DNA of 64,000 bases from Ginglymostoma cirratum (GCA_024137785.1 JAHRHZ010000009.1:42058810-42122809), one strand, 5' to 3'. Positions 37,691 to 50,530 are shown, numbered from the stretch's first letter. The notes: generated by a model not told the origin, from the letters alone. Numbers and translations are program-made.

Positions 37691-38554
37691 TCAAATAGTT
37701 CTTGCATAGTATAAAATAGTTCATGATTTTGTTAAATGTTGATGTCCTTTAATCAAAAGTAGCATTGGCAGCCTTTTGTGAGTAAGCAGAAAATGGAAAG
37801 AAAAGATAAAAGTTATGATTTATGAAGAACGGTCTCATTCTGTAGGTTGACTTGTTCAGCATTACCATTGACTGGATTTGTAACATCTTGCATATCTGTA
37901 TTCCATCAATTCCATATCATTCCTAAGTTCTGGAATGAACTAAAGATTCTTCGCCCTTCATTTAGAGTTAATCTTTCTCAATAAAATATATCTTTTTTGA
38001 AAATTCTGAAATATCTCCTCAAATGTTTGCTACTACTCAGCCACTGTTTTAAGTTTTAATCTGTTTTCCCATCTCACTAGTTTAAAGCATTAGTTCGAGA
38101 CCAAATTTAGTACGCTTTAACTGACTGTGAAATCATTCCTGGTATGATCAATTTGACGAAAAATATTCTTTACAATAGGCCATTCATCAATTTTGATTCA
38201 TTACACAGTAGCAGACGTAAAATAACCTGTTCCTTCATGTTCTAAATTTGTGCTGGTGAAAAATAATACACAATATTGTCAATTGCCTTCTTATTTAAGG
38301 CTTTTGAGTATTCTGAACATACAAGATAAACTGAGGAACAGTTTTAATATATAAACCCAGTGTTGAGGGTTGTGTTGACTTGTAGAGAAACGGCAAAAAT
38401 ATTGGACAAGGAGCGAATCAGTTATGGAAAATGCTAAAGGAATGAAAAATTCACTTTAATGGAGAGTGGAGTAGATGAAATAGATAAGGAGATATTATTT
38501 ACACTGGTGAGTGGTTCATAGAACAAAAGCCAAATATATAAGGGAATTGTGTAA

Positions 38555-38765
38555 AAAAGCAAAATGGAGGTGAACTTTATTTTGCAGTGATATGATCCAG
38601 AAGCATTGCCCAAAATCAAATTTGATTATAATTTTGGAAAACGAATGGGATGTGAAGTTGAAAAACAAGGCAAAAGATCAGAAAAGTAAGAGTTAAAAGA
38701 GCTGGCACAGGAGCAATGGGCTGAATGGCCTCCTTTGCTGTAAAACCTATCATGCTTTTATTCTA
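38555..38765 (+). mobile_element. CR1 3' tail fragment
   Basis: aaagagctggcacaggagcaatgggctgaatggcctcctttgctgtaaaa. Confidence 0.6.
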
Positions 38766-39324
38766 TAAAAGACAGTAGGTAAGTTAAGTAATATTGAAAT
38801 GATGAAATATGACAGAGAGGCAAAAATTAATGATCAAAATTAAGTTGTGACTGGAAGATACATAACAAATGCTGAAGATTATTATCGAACATTGGAGGAC
38901 AAAGAAGCAAAACTGAGAGATCAAAAATTAATTATGGAAGCCAAGACCAGATTGATGGGAAGGACCAGGTTATAGAGAAACAATATTTTTCTCAAATCAT
39001 CTGCTGATGTAAATCAGTCCATGTGAAGACGATTAATTACCTTTTAGCAAAGTACACAGATTGTTTGGTGAGAAGCAACAATCTAAGCAATGCCTCCACT
39101 GTCACACAGTTAAACTTTAGATAAGGCTGTCACATTCTAGATATTGTGACATTTATATGACAGTATAACAGCTGTAACATATATGCCAAAAATGGGAGAC
39201 TAAAATTGTGCAAAGAACTGTCAGGGAAAAGGAAAACAATTCTGGATTCAATTTCTACAGCCTGTAGAACTAAAGTAAAAACTGAACCAGAATGGGAGTG
39301 GCAACTGTAAAAGAAGGCACAAAA

Positions 39325-39470
39325 GCTTGCACATATCTAGAGTCTTACGTGTCTTTTGGACATCTCAAAGCACTTTACAAACAATGTATTTCTCACGTAT
39401 TTTAGACACTTGTTCTTTTAGGCAGATGCACCTGAAAAATTTGCTGACGGAAAGGTCCCTTAAACAACAA
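39325..39470 (-). mobile_element. Deu-domain SINE 3' tail
   Basis: cttgcacatat...ggacatctcaaagcactttaca is the reverse complement of the tgtaaagcgctttgggacgtcc tail. Confidence 0.55.
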
Positions 39471-39519
39471 GTGTGAGATCTGACACCATTCTGTTTTGTA
39501 ATTTTTAAAATGAACAATC

Positions 39520-39697
39520 CTTATTTTCAAACAGTGACTCATTCCTGGATTCTCCCATAAGAGGAAACCTCCTCTTCAAATCCAACATGTCAAGACCCCT
39601 CAAGGTATTGTATGTTTCAATCAAGACGCCTCTTGCTTTTCTAAAGCGAATAAGCCAGATGACCAAACTTTCTTCATAAGGTAATCACTCCTGGCTC
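39520..39697 (-). mobile_element. CR1 fragment (host of the foldback; resumes about 39965)
   Basis: ccttattttcaaacagtgac...ggattctcccataagaggaaac...tgtttcaatcaag; resumes at ggtgaatctgctctgaactgc. Confidence 0.65.
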
Positions 39698-39960
39698 AGA
39701 AATCTCACGGGACCAGGTTATAATCCAACATGTTATTTGAAAACATGAGCTTTCAGAGCCTCAGTCATTTTTCAGGTGTTAGTGAGAGAGGTAGTATCAG
39801 ACACAGAATTTATAAGTAAAAGATCGTCATATCTGATGCTATCTCTCTCACTAACACCTGAAGAAGAACTGAGGCTCTGAAAGCTCATGTTTTCCAATAA
39901 ACTTGATGGACTATAACCTGGCATCGTGTGATTTCTAATCTTGTCCACCCCAGCTCAAGT
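39698..39960. mobile_element. Penelope-derived foldback (third family)
   Basis: Arms 39698-39801 and 39832-39936 are inverted repeats around a 30-nt loop. The right arm has ctgaaga-agaactgaggctct-gaaagctc. Confidence 0.85.
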
Positions 39961-40059
39961 ATTTGTCCAGGTGAATCTGCTCTGAACTGCTTTTTATTGG
40001 TAACCTCGTGAATAGAGTCCTAACTATTTGGTTACCAAGTACACTTGATTCTGAGTGCT

Positions 40060-40762
40060 ACACTTGGCCCTACACCCCCCACTCACCTCTGTCCTTGATC
40101 CCAAACAATCATTCCAATTCCAGCAGAGAAACACCTGTACGTCTTCTAACCTGGCCTATTGTATCCATTGCTCCTGATGTGGTCTCCTCTAAATTGCAGA
40201 GACCAAGTGCAGACTTGATGACTGATTCGCGGAGCATCTGCCTTCTGTACGCTCCAATCAACACCATCTTCCGATTGCCAGCCATTTCAACTTCCCCTCC
40301 CATTCCCTTGGCAGCATGTCCATCCTGGGCCTCCTCCACTGTCAAAATAAGGCCACATGTAAACTGGAGGAACAGCACTTTATATTTCGCCTTGAGAACT
40401 TATAGCCCAATGGCCTCAACATAGAGTTCACCAGCTTCAAAATCTCCCCACCACCAGCCTTATCCTATGTCCAGACCTCCTTCTCAGCCCGCCTCCTTGA
40501 CCTGACACAACCTGTTCATCTTCATTCTCACCAACCCATTCCATCCTTCCCACTTTCAAATCTCTACAATCCCCCATCTGCATCCACCTATCATCATTCC
40601 ACCTACCTTCACCCAGTCCCACACCCCTCCCTCTATTTATTTCTGAGCTCCCTTCCCCCTCCCCAGTCCTAATGAAGGGTCCAGGCTCAAAACGTCAACT
40701 TTCCTGCTCCTCTGATACAGTCTGAGCTGCTGTGCTCCTCCAGCTCCACATTTTATTGATTC
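40060..40762 (+). mobile_element. Penelope-like element 3' part
   Basis: DNA for TCTSSNLAYCIHCS*CGLL and KLEEQHFIFRLENL*PNGLNIEF; pyrimidine-rich UTR; end tgaagggtccaggctcaaaacgtc. Confidence 0.88.
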
Positions 40763-40789
40763 TGAGATAGAGTGTTTTGAAATTATCTT

Positions 40790-41615
40790 GCATGATAATG
40801 CAACCCTAATCAAAGCATTACTTACTACATATTGCAAGAACTCATAGTGGGCCTTTGCTGAGCATATTTAGCCTTGAATGGCAGAAGTCACCTCAGATTA
40901 CCTTGAAAGAGGATGGTGTCTCAATAATATGACCAACAGGTGAAGTCAGCTGTCTTATTTTACTACTATACAGCAAATTTGTGAGTGCCATTCTCAACTA
41001 ACAAAATGTTGACAAGTCAAAAGGAAGTTTTGCCTACCACAAGCAACTTGGTGTATGTGTTTGATTGCCAGTATGATGTCATATGTGTAAACTGTTCAGC
41101 CCAATAACTGGTGGACCATATCAAACAACATGTCCCATTGACCATTCAAAGTGGGCAGCATGCCAGTTGTGCTCAACGAGCTCAAGCTTGCCAATCTTCA
41201 GCAAAATAAACCCACAGTTAGATATAATTATGTTTCAGAGATCATTTATTAAATAATTCAGACTGTGTTGAGGGTTAACTGGAAACCAAGCACAAATTGT
41301 CGGTCAGATTTGCAGTATGATGTATTTGTTTATGATGGAAACAGGCAAATGGAATTCATACAAATTTTGCAGCTTTTATAGGAGAAATGACAATGTTGTG
41401 GAGACTGCCAATCTCTTCTGCACTTCCATGGCAACAGTCTACCAATCAGAGATGACTGCCCAATCTGAGAATTAAGATGAACTGTTCTTCCTGGATCTGT
41501 ATACCAAAGATGGCTGAATGAATCAGCACTTTCTTCACATGTGGTAAAATTGTTGTCCCTTTTTAAAGTTTGTTTCATGCAGCCTAGTCCCAGTGAGTGC
41601 AAGATGAAAAGTGAT
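40790..41615 (+). mobile_element. Penelope-like element (fourth family), strongly decayed GIY-YIG plus 3' UTR
   Basis: EVLPTT..SNLVYVFDCQYD...LVDHIKQHVP at about 41025-41135; end gtcccagtgagtgcaagatgaaaag, similar to about 28516-28545. Confidence 0.6.
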
Positions 41616-41679
41616 GATTCCTGGTCTCCTTCAGCGATATTTAGGTTTGATACTCCAATCAAGCATTTTTGAACTGTTA

Positions 41680-41880
41680 CCAATTCACCTACATTCTTTC
41701 TGAAATAAGGTGACCAATTCTGTGCACAATACTCCAGATGTGGTCATGCCAGTGACCTGAAAACTGAAGCATAACTTCCCTACTTTTGTATTAAATGCCC
41801 CTCACAAGAAACAGAAATGATTCAGGTAGCTTTAGTAATTACTTGCTGCCCCTGCCTATTAGCTGTTGTGATTCACACAC
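41680..41880 (-). mobile_element. CR1 fragment
   Basis: taaggtgaccaattctgtgcacaatactccagatgtggtc is antisense RPHLEYCAQ.W. Confidence 0.75.
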
Positions 41881-43814
41881 TAGTGTGGTAAGGTGCCAGG
41901 TAGGTGTGGCTGAAGAATGATGCTGTACTATTCGATAGAAGGTGAGTTGAGGTTTTCAGGATTGGTCCAGTTGAGATTTGGTCTAGGAGAATGATGTGGA
42001 GAACAGTAGTAAGGATAGTCTGAGTCAATCTGGAGCCAACCATTTGGTGTTTATGGGGCATTGCAGGGATCAGTAAGATTTATTAGGGTGCCAGTTTTAC
42101 AGTTAGTTAGAAGTCAAAGAAGGTTTTAATTCCCTTCCCTTCTCCTGACTAAATAAGGATAAGCAAGTCAGAACCCTCTGAAATCTCTGGGTCTGACTCA
42201 GATTTGGGGCTACCACATGATCCCAATGCACATTATTCAGGGTACACCCACTTTGTGATCACTTGGACACTGTAAATTCGGAGCCTTTATTTCCTTTTAT
42301 CAACCGTTTAAAAGTTACAGTATTAATTGATATTGTTGCTGTAGATGTCAGAATACAAGTCGACATTGAAGGAACACTCCAGAAATAGGACCTACAATAT
42401 GTGCCAAACGTAAATGAAAACCATGGGTGTAAGCTGAGGATATTCACAATTTTAACATATCATCAGCATTCAACACAGAGACAAGGTATGTCATAGACTT
42501 CTGTGGTACAGCCTGTTCGTTCATTTTGTGATTAGTATTGGTAAATAAAACTGCTTTAATACAGTGAAAAATTGTTGTTGGTGCCTGAAATGAGGACAGC
42601 ATGCTATGGCTGAAAAGGATAATTGATTTAACTATGAGTTATAAGTCAAAAATTATGAATTTTGCAGTTGGATAATTGGAGGTGTCTTATACACCAGGCC
42701 GAATAATACATAGGGACTTTGGTAATGTTAAAAACCTTGAGGCATGTGTCCTAAAAGGTTATTGTAAGGAATAAATGGTTCCTTTGATGGAAAGTTGATC
42801 GATAAGAGTGCTCAGCTCCTCTGAGCACAATATTTTATCATCTCAAAAGGAAAATTAAAAAAGGAATTGTGTTTTATGATACAAATCTTGCAGCGTGCTT
42901 GGAGATATAATGTCTCCTTTATGTTATTCATCTATTGGCAATGAGGTGAAATGACGACCTGTATTCATTTGTTAAGCAGATTGTATCCAACCTGACAGTG
43001 ATGTAGTACTACGTTGAGAACAACATATGGTCACCAGTAATTATGGATAATTAATGCAGTGTGTGTCTAATGTTCACAGGATAAAGAAAGGGTAAAAAGC
43101 CAATGTTTAAAAGAATGAACATCTAAAGGCTGTCCATGCAAATGGCATTACGTAAGCGTACACAGGAGCAATTCAAAGCCCAGAAACAATAGTTGTTACG
43201 TTTATTTCTCTTCATCCAACAGAAGCTATTTGTCACTGAGATTAAAATTTATAAACTGCAATGGATAATCTGATATGAAAACTTCTTGTCAGAGCTGATT
43301 TGTTAGCATTTACCAGTTGCTGCTATTTTTTAAACTTTTATCGCAAGGTCTCTCTGACATTCACCAATATGTCTAATGAGTTTATTGTGACAACGTACAA
43401 CTAGACTGAACGATCTACTCAATTGAGTGTGCCAGTGAAAGAAACAAAATGTTGACTTCAATTTGTCTTCACTGGGAAAGAGATTCACATTGCCAGAGAG
43501 GTCGTCATTAGAAGCAGTATGACAGAACAGCTGATGGTATCTCCCGGGACTAAAGGGTAATAGCCTCACATTCTCTGGATAGCCACTGCAAAGACAATTA
43601 TTGCAGAAATGTTGTGAGAAAAATAAATATATAATAATACAGATGGCAGAAAATTAGAGCAACGACTGTTATTTGCATAGAAAGGATCAGCTTAGAAGTT
43701 ATAAACAGCAGAGTATATCAATTTTATTTATATTTTCCCTCTATTGCATGATGGGATCAATAATTTGGTGTTGGATACAATAACACAGGGATAAAATTGA
43801 CAACGTTGAAGTGA

Positions 43815-44140
43815 GGGTAGCACGTTGGTTCACAGTACCAGGGACATGGGTTTAATTCCAAACTCAGGTGACTGTCTATGTGGAGTTTGCACATTCTCCC
43901 GGAGTCTGTGTGGGGTTTCCTCCAGGTGCTCCGGTTTCCTCCCACAGTCCCAAGGTGTGCAGGTCAGGTGCATTGGTCATGCTGAATTGTCCATTGTGTC
44001 CAGGGATTGACAATTTAGGTGGATTTGCCATGGGATAGTGCATGAACGTAGGCCTGGGTGGGATACTTTTTGAAGAGGCGGTATGGACCCAATGGACAGA
44101 ATGGCCTGCTTCCACCCCTGTAGGGATTCTATGATTATGA
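43815..44140 (+). mobile_element. HE1-type V-SINE
   Basis: gactgtctatgtggagtttgcacattctccc...ccggtttcctcccacagtccc; tail atggcctgcttccaccctgtagggattctatgattatga. Confidence 0.9.
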
Positions 44141-45280
44141 GATTAGGGTAGGCAATGGCCTAGTGGTATTATCACATGAACATTATGCCGTGGCTTTAAT
44201 ACACTTGCTGTGCTGGGTCAAAAAGAGGTGAAGGTCGAAGCTGGGACACGCACCCACTGCAGTGACATAAAGTTTAACTGATTGTCTTGTTCAGCTTGTG
44301 TTTGAACGGGGAGCTGCCTTGGCTAATATTGCACAATAGGGTAGGTTTGCATTGGGGTGGGGAGGTGTCGTGGTGACATGGTGTTGGGAAGGCGTGCCGC
44401 AATATTTGCCAGTGATCTCATAAGGGAAATATCTGAGAGGTGAGTGCAATGGCAACATAACTGATCAGGGTGGGGAAAACAAGGATCAATTAAAAAACAA
44501 TATGATTCAAAACAGGTTGCTGATCCCATGGTTACAATGTGAAGTCAGAATGGTCAATGAGATGGAGGGTGTGAGAGGGCTGAGAAGTTGAGGACTTGTT
44601 TGCAGGGAAGAATATGAGATCTGGAAAGGGGGAATCTGGAGAGATCAGAGGTCTTGCGTGGCAATCAGTCGCTTTGAAAGAAGATCAGAAGTCTGCAGAA
44701 AGTGATCAAAGACCTGAGAGATGTTTAAATGCTTTTTGGTGACTGTTTCTGAGGCTTCACAGCAAGAGGTTAAGATGACAGTAGAGGTCAGTGAGGGTGG
44801 AGACTAGGAAAGGGGATAGGAGGTCATGGGGAGAGGAGATTGTGAAGTTTGGAGAAGTCAGGCCTATCCCTTGAGGGCTAGAGGTGGAGCCATAATGGTT
44901 TAAGCAAATTGGGACCTGAAGTGTGGGAATGGAAGAAATGGCTTGAAAGATCAGGGGAAGGGGATGTTTGAGGGCAGGGGAGAGACCAGAGTGCTGTAGG
45001 AAAAGGTTAAAGTTTTGAGAGAGGCTCTGGGGCCCTTGTTGCAGTCAGAGACTTGAGGTGGGTCTGAGGCCATACAGAGTGTGAATAGAGGCCCAGTGTG
45101 AAAGGTAGGGGGTTGTTGTGTATTAGGGGGTCAGAGGCAGGGTGGTGGGCAGGTGGATTTGTGGCCTACAGCATGTTATAATTTGTTGGTGCTTAATGAA
45201 CAGTCTGCTTTTATGTTTTTGGTAGAATATAGAAGTTTCTATCATTCCATGTGCATGTTTCAGCCCAAAGCCTCATCTCA

Positions 45281-45422
45281 ATGTTTCAGATGGTTTATCC
45301 TGTGCTATTTCTCTTATCAGCTTTGTTAGTGATTACTTATTCTCTTCCATTACTCTTCCATTCTCAAGAAATGGACCAACAGGCAGCTCCCAAAATATAC
45401 CCCAGGAATAGAACACTTACAG
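45281..45422 (+). CDS. Candidate first coding exon of a small secreted protein (unconfirmed)
   Basis: ATG at 45281 gives MFQMVYPVLFLLSALLVITYS|LPLLFHSQEMDQQAAPKIYPRNRTLT, which looks like a signal peptide. Weak donor cag|gtggag at 45422/45423. Non-repeat context; could be chance. Confidence 0.2.
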
Positions 45423-46111
45423 GTGGAGTTATTCCAAGACATGGACCAGCCATCTAATACATCTTAGCTAATTAGCTCCTTGCTTGATTTCTATCAAATG
45501 TAAAGTCATTTCCTTACTGTAGCAGCATTAATATACGTATAAATGTGTGGCTTTGGCAACATAACTTGAGGGAGAAAATATTGCAGCACACGATATGCAG
45601 AAATGGCTGGATTAATTGTTTAGACATTCAAAGAAAATCATGACTTGTAAACAGAAAGGTTAGCTTCCAGTTTACTGATAAAACTGGCACATCAATATTT
45701 TATGCTTTAAAATGTTTGGTGGAACAGGTGGTTTAAAAAAACACTCTTTTCTAAAAGCTATTTTCTTTTTGTGTGCAATTTGAACACAAAGGATATGGAT
45801 TGAATAGATCAAGCACCAAGCTGGAGTTGCCGGGTACTCGCTCTGGTTTCCATGTCACAAATTCTCGGCTTCTAGTTTTTATCAGACAGGTAATGGGAAG
45901 GTGCATATTAATGAAATGAAATTAATTAAGAATGAGGATGAAATTGAGTGATAATCCCCATTAATTAGCCTCTCACTGCCCACTGTTGAGAATCTTGTCT
46001 GAACAACCATGTCTTGTTTGCAAAATGCAACTCTTTTGTCCTATCATTGAGAAGGAGTTGATTGACATCTCACATTATTTTCCCAAAATTATTACCACAG
46101 CCCACATAATT

Positions 46112-46222
46112 CAGGAACAAAAGCAGAAGTTGCTGGAAAAGCTCAGCAAGTCTGGCAGCATCTGTGAAGAAAAAAAAATTCAGAGTTAAAGTTTCAGGTC
46201 TGGTAACCCTTCCTTGGAACTT
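46112..46222 (-). mobile_element. Penelope 3' end / pLTR fragment
   Basis: aacaaaagcagaagttgctggaaaagctcagcaagtctggcagcatctgtgaag; same family as 53966-54175. Confidence 0.8.
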
Positions 46223-47154
46223 CCACATAATTCTCTCAGAAAGCCCTTCCATATAAATCAGGACCTGGGAATGTTCTGTGCAACATCCTTTTTTTTTCCA
46301 ATAGTGCCCTCAAGCTATGGACTCACATACAAGAGGAAACATCTGTTTTGTGTCCAACTTGTCAAAACCATTCAGTATACTATATTCTTCAAACAAGTCA
46401 CCCATCACTCTTCTAAACTCCAGGGGAAACATGCTCAGTCTATCCAATATTTCTTTCTGCAAAAATCAAGTTTTTTTTTAACAAAATTTGGTTAAATAAC
46501 AACATGTGCTCTTTATTTGAAGAGGACGAGTGGCCTGGGCAAACGTATCTCTTTTGAAAGCTAAATACTGAGTATGCAGTCTTGGGGTTACACATCACAT
46601 ATTGTCTAGAGGTGAGTACTGGTTAAAATCTGTTTCAGATTTTCTTCCTGTAAATCTTGTCACAACAGTCACTGTTGGATAAAGAGAAATATGCAAAAAT
46701 CTCAACTCAATAAAGTGCTTTTGGATTTGAATCTTACATGATTTACTAGTGGGTGGAACCTACATAATGCAAAAATCACATCTTCAAAGGTTTGGCACTT
46801 CATTTTAATAAATACTTGTGAGGAATATTAGACCTCAAAAATTCCCTAGCTCTAGTCAGCGTGATTCCTGACAGGAAGACCATTCATTCCAAATTGGCAT
46901 CTATCATGTTCCGTGTCTTGACACTTTTTATTGTCAGAGACCCATCACGACTGCCAATGCAATTCCCTGATTCAGCATGGAAGTTGCAAAGTGAGTCAGG
47001 CAGCTGGTGATGAGGGCAGGAGGAATAATTTGGGATACCAGAAACACGTGAAGTTGCCTTACTTTGGTAGATCACAAGTTCAGTTGAAAGTTTACCTTAC
47101 TGAGGGAAACAAGGGTAGTATTTCAGATTGAATTGCAAAGAAGTCTGTCCTGTT

Positions 47155-47275
47155 TTTCATTCATTCTCAGAGTATGGGTACCAACAATAAGGCCAGTACT
47201 TCTTGTCAACTCCTAATTTCCCTTGAGAAGTGGACAGTAAACAACCTTCTTGAATTGCTTCTATGTGGTGAGGGA
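47155..47275 (-). mobile_element. 3' tail of the CR1/L2-group LINE (as at 4318 and 53790)
   Basis: ttcattcattc...aggccagtac...cctaatttcccttgagaag...accttcttgaa. Confidence 0.6.
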
Positions 47276-48604
47276 ATTGTCAGTGGCCAATGGCCAATTT
47301 TTGATCAGCCATATTCCTAGATTCTCCCTTATGAGTATTCTGACAATACTATATCATGTTTTCAAGAAAATCAAGGCAACTATAACCAATGTATCATGAA
47401 TAGTCATATCTGCCAAAGCATCGCTCCTGGTATACCCACTGCAGAGTGTCAAAAGGCAACTCTTTTCTCACAGTTTGTAATGTGAAATAACTATATGCAC
47501 ATCTGTGACATTGTCTTAATATCATCTGTAGCAAAGAATGGCACATCCAGTGAAAGTCCAGTTAAGCAATCTAAAATTTGCTTCCAGCTTCTTGCAACAA
47601 TATTAAGAGGTGAAACTGTTGGGATAGTTGCTGTTGAGAATTGTAAATACCACTATTCTTGCAAACATGACACACAGCAAAGTTTCACCCTGATAGCAGC
47701 TATCAAAGATTTTCAAATGGCCAATACTTTGCTGAAGATTCATGCCTTCACTCTGGATTTCCTTTCTACTTTAGTTTTATGAAAGATTAGCAATGGTTTG
47801 AGATGACTATTGAGGTTCTCCAAAAACTGTCACTCCATAACATTGACCTTCCCTGACTTCCCTGTTTGCCATCTGTTTTAATGCAATCAACTAAAATTTT
47901 CTTTTATTTGATAATCTGCTTTTCGAATCAACTGAAAGGCGGCATTCATTTCAATCTGTCTAAATAACATATAGTAGCTAGTTGGGTGGTAATAAGACCA
48001 ACAGAGCATTATTATTCTTAGAATACTCTTAGAATATATAATATGTGATAAAATGTATAAACAGAAAAGAAACAGACTCAGTCAACATGAATTTAAAACA
48101 GTTGGCACATTTAGCTGAATTAAAAATGTTTATGAATAAAACATAAAGATTACAACCGATAGGAAAATGAAAGTTGTACTTACTGAAAATATTTCAAAAA
48201 GTACCATTTAGTAAAGTCTCTATAGAAGTTATGGCTGCTGTAAGTGAGGTGAAATAACATGAACAGAGAGATGTGAACAGACAAAAAGCAAAGAAGGTCA
48301 TGGTGGGCTGGAATTCTGCAGTCAGTCCTACTCAAGTGACTACACAGAAAACTGCTCACAAAAATCTGGGCAGTTTTATTGACAGAGATTGCCCCTTTCC
48401 CATTACTGGTTGGACTCTGCTGCCAAATGCAGGCATCTCCAGGGTCCACTGGCAGCAGTGATGTGACTGAGCAGGATATGTGGCTTATCACATTGAAGTA
48501 GTCTCACAGACAGCAATCAGAAACTAAATTGCACTGATAATTTTACACTTTTAGTGATGTTTCACAGAGAGTGAAATAAATAACAAAACACAATATTTAC
48601 AATA

Positions 48605-49140
48605 TCCTTTTATTGTCACATTTACTCCATTGTAGGAGTACAGTGAAAAACTTTTACAATGTTTGCCTTTTTATGGCGACATCTTAGGTACAATTCTTGG
48701 ATACGGCAGAGGAAAGATGTCATTACTTAATTAGAGATTTGAAAATAAGTTAAAGATAGAAAAATATTAAGGGGTTAACATTTCAGTGTTCTACGATAAT
48801 TTCTAAGGTAAGGATTGTCTCCTCACACCAGTCTCCGTCCAGGACTCGTTGCCTGTGTGCTGCTCCGGGGCTGCTTCCCATGTGCTGCTGGGGGCTTCTT
48901 CCCCATGCTGCTCTGGGCTTGCAGCCCACGTACCGCTCCAGGGCTCACTGTTCGTGGTGCTCTGGGGCTCACGAGGAGTGCCTGCAGGCCCCAGAGCACA
49001 AGGCCACACTGCCCATGCTGGTTCCGCCGTGGGATTCGGCCAGTGCCTGTGCTTGTCGTCTGTGGGACTTGGCCTGTGCCTGTTCCAGTCCACTGCGGGA
49101 TTTGGCCTGCTCACTCCAACCCTCTGTTAGACTCTGCCTG
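48605..49140 (-). mobile_element. Non-coding GC-rich element with a Rex1-type 3' tail
   Basis: The minus strand ends AAAAGTTTTTCACTGTACTCCTACAATGGAGTAAATGTGACAATAAA. The body has about 24-bp imperfect repeats (tgctgctccggggctgcttccca) at about 48855-48920. Confidence 0.55.
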
Positions 49141-49631
49141 CTAGCTCTGGTCCTCTGCAGCCAACTTGGTGACTGGAACATTGCATGAGATAAGGTTCAA
49201 ACTGAAATTGTATAAACAGACTTTTTAAAAATAGTTAGGAATATGTGGAATTTTTTATCTTTATCGAGAAATTCAATATTTCACAAATATGAGGTTGAAG
49301 CTATCAAGACAATTTAAAAACATTTATACTTCATTCAACAAGCATTATACTTTTGAAAAATTTTGCAGAGAGGCATACAGCATAAGAGTGCAAGTTCTTG
49401 TCAGCTCCATAATTTATAATTAATTAGAGTGAACAGAAGAACTTAGTAATTTCAGGATCTCTGTAATTAATTTTACCCAGTCAGACTTCAGGAATTGCTG
49501 CCATCTTCAGAGGAGCAATACCAATGAATGCTAACTGTTGCACTCTCGTTCATTGTTCCAACTCCCAGCTGCTTGTGGCAGGCTAGCTTCACGCAATCCC
49601 TTTTGATCCTGACTAAGAAGCAACTTCTTTT

Positions 49632-50530
49632 ACATAGAAACATAAAAAATAGAAACAAGAATAGGCCATTAGATCTTGCAAACCTGATACACCATGACCA
49701 TGGCTGATCATCCTTCTGTGTACCCTGGTCCTGTTTTCTCCTCATATCCTTTGATCCCTTTAGCATTAGAACTTTATATAACTCATTCATGAAAATATTC
49801 AATGTCTCAATCTCAACCACTTTCTGTTGCTGAGAATTCCACAGGCTTACCAATCTTTGGGTGAAATCATTTATTCTCATTTCAGTCCTAAATGGTTCTT
49901 ATTCTTAGATGGCGTCCCCTTGTTCTGGACATCCCAGTCATCAGGAACATCCTTCCTACATCCGTACTGTATCTAGTTCTGTTCGAAGTCTGTAATCTTC
50001 AAGATTCCACTTCCCTCCACCCCTCATTCTTCTAAACTCTAATGAATGCATTCCTCACTGATCCAACCTATTTTCATACCTGAAACTTGACATCTCAGGA
50101 ATCAGTTTGGTAAACCTTTGTTGCTCTCTCTCTATAGACAGAGCATTCTTCCTTAGATAAGAAAACCAAAACTGTGTTCAGTACTCCAGGTCCGTTCTCA
50201 CTAAGGCCCAGTACAATTGCAGCAAGACATCCCCGCTCCTGTACGCAAATGGTCGTAATAAAGGCCAACTTACCATTCGCAAGCTTCACTGCCTGCTGGA
50301 CGTGCATGCTTACTTTCGATGACTAGTATACAAGAACAGTCCTCCTTTACTAATCTAATGCCATTCAGAAAATAATTCGCTTTCCATTTTTTGTTATGAG
50401 CATGGATAAGCACACATTTGTCTGCATTATATTTCATTTGTCATACATTTGCCTGCTCGATCACATTGAAGCATCACTGCATATTCCTCACAGCTCACCT
50501 TCCCACCCAATTTGGGTCATCTGCAAGCTA
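49632..50530 (-). mobile_element. CR1 LINE 3' ~0.9 kb
   Basis: Tail acatagaaacataaaaaatagaaacaagaataggccatt; HVQQAVKLANGKLAFI; NDFTQRLVSLWNS. Confidence 0.9.

Noticed and set aside
48803-49188. Five overlapping ORFs on both strands
   Set aside because: Expected from a GC-rich, stop-poor repeat body.
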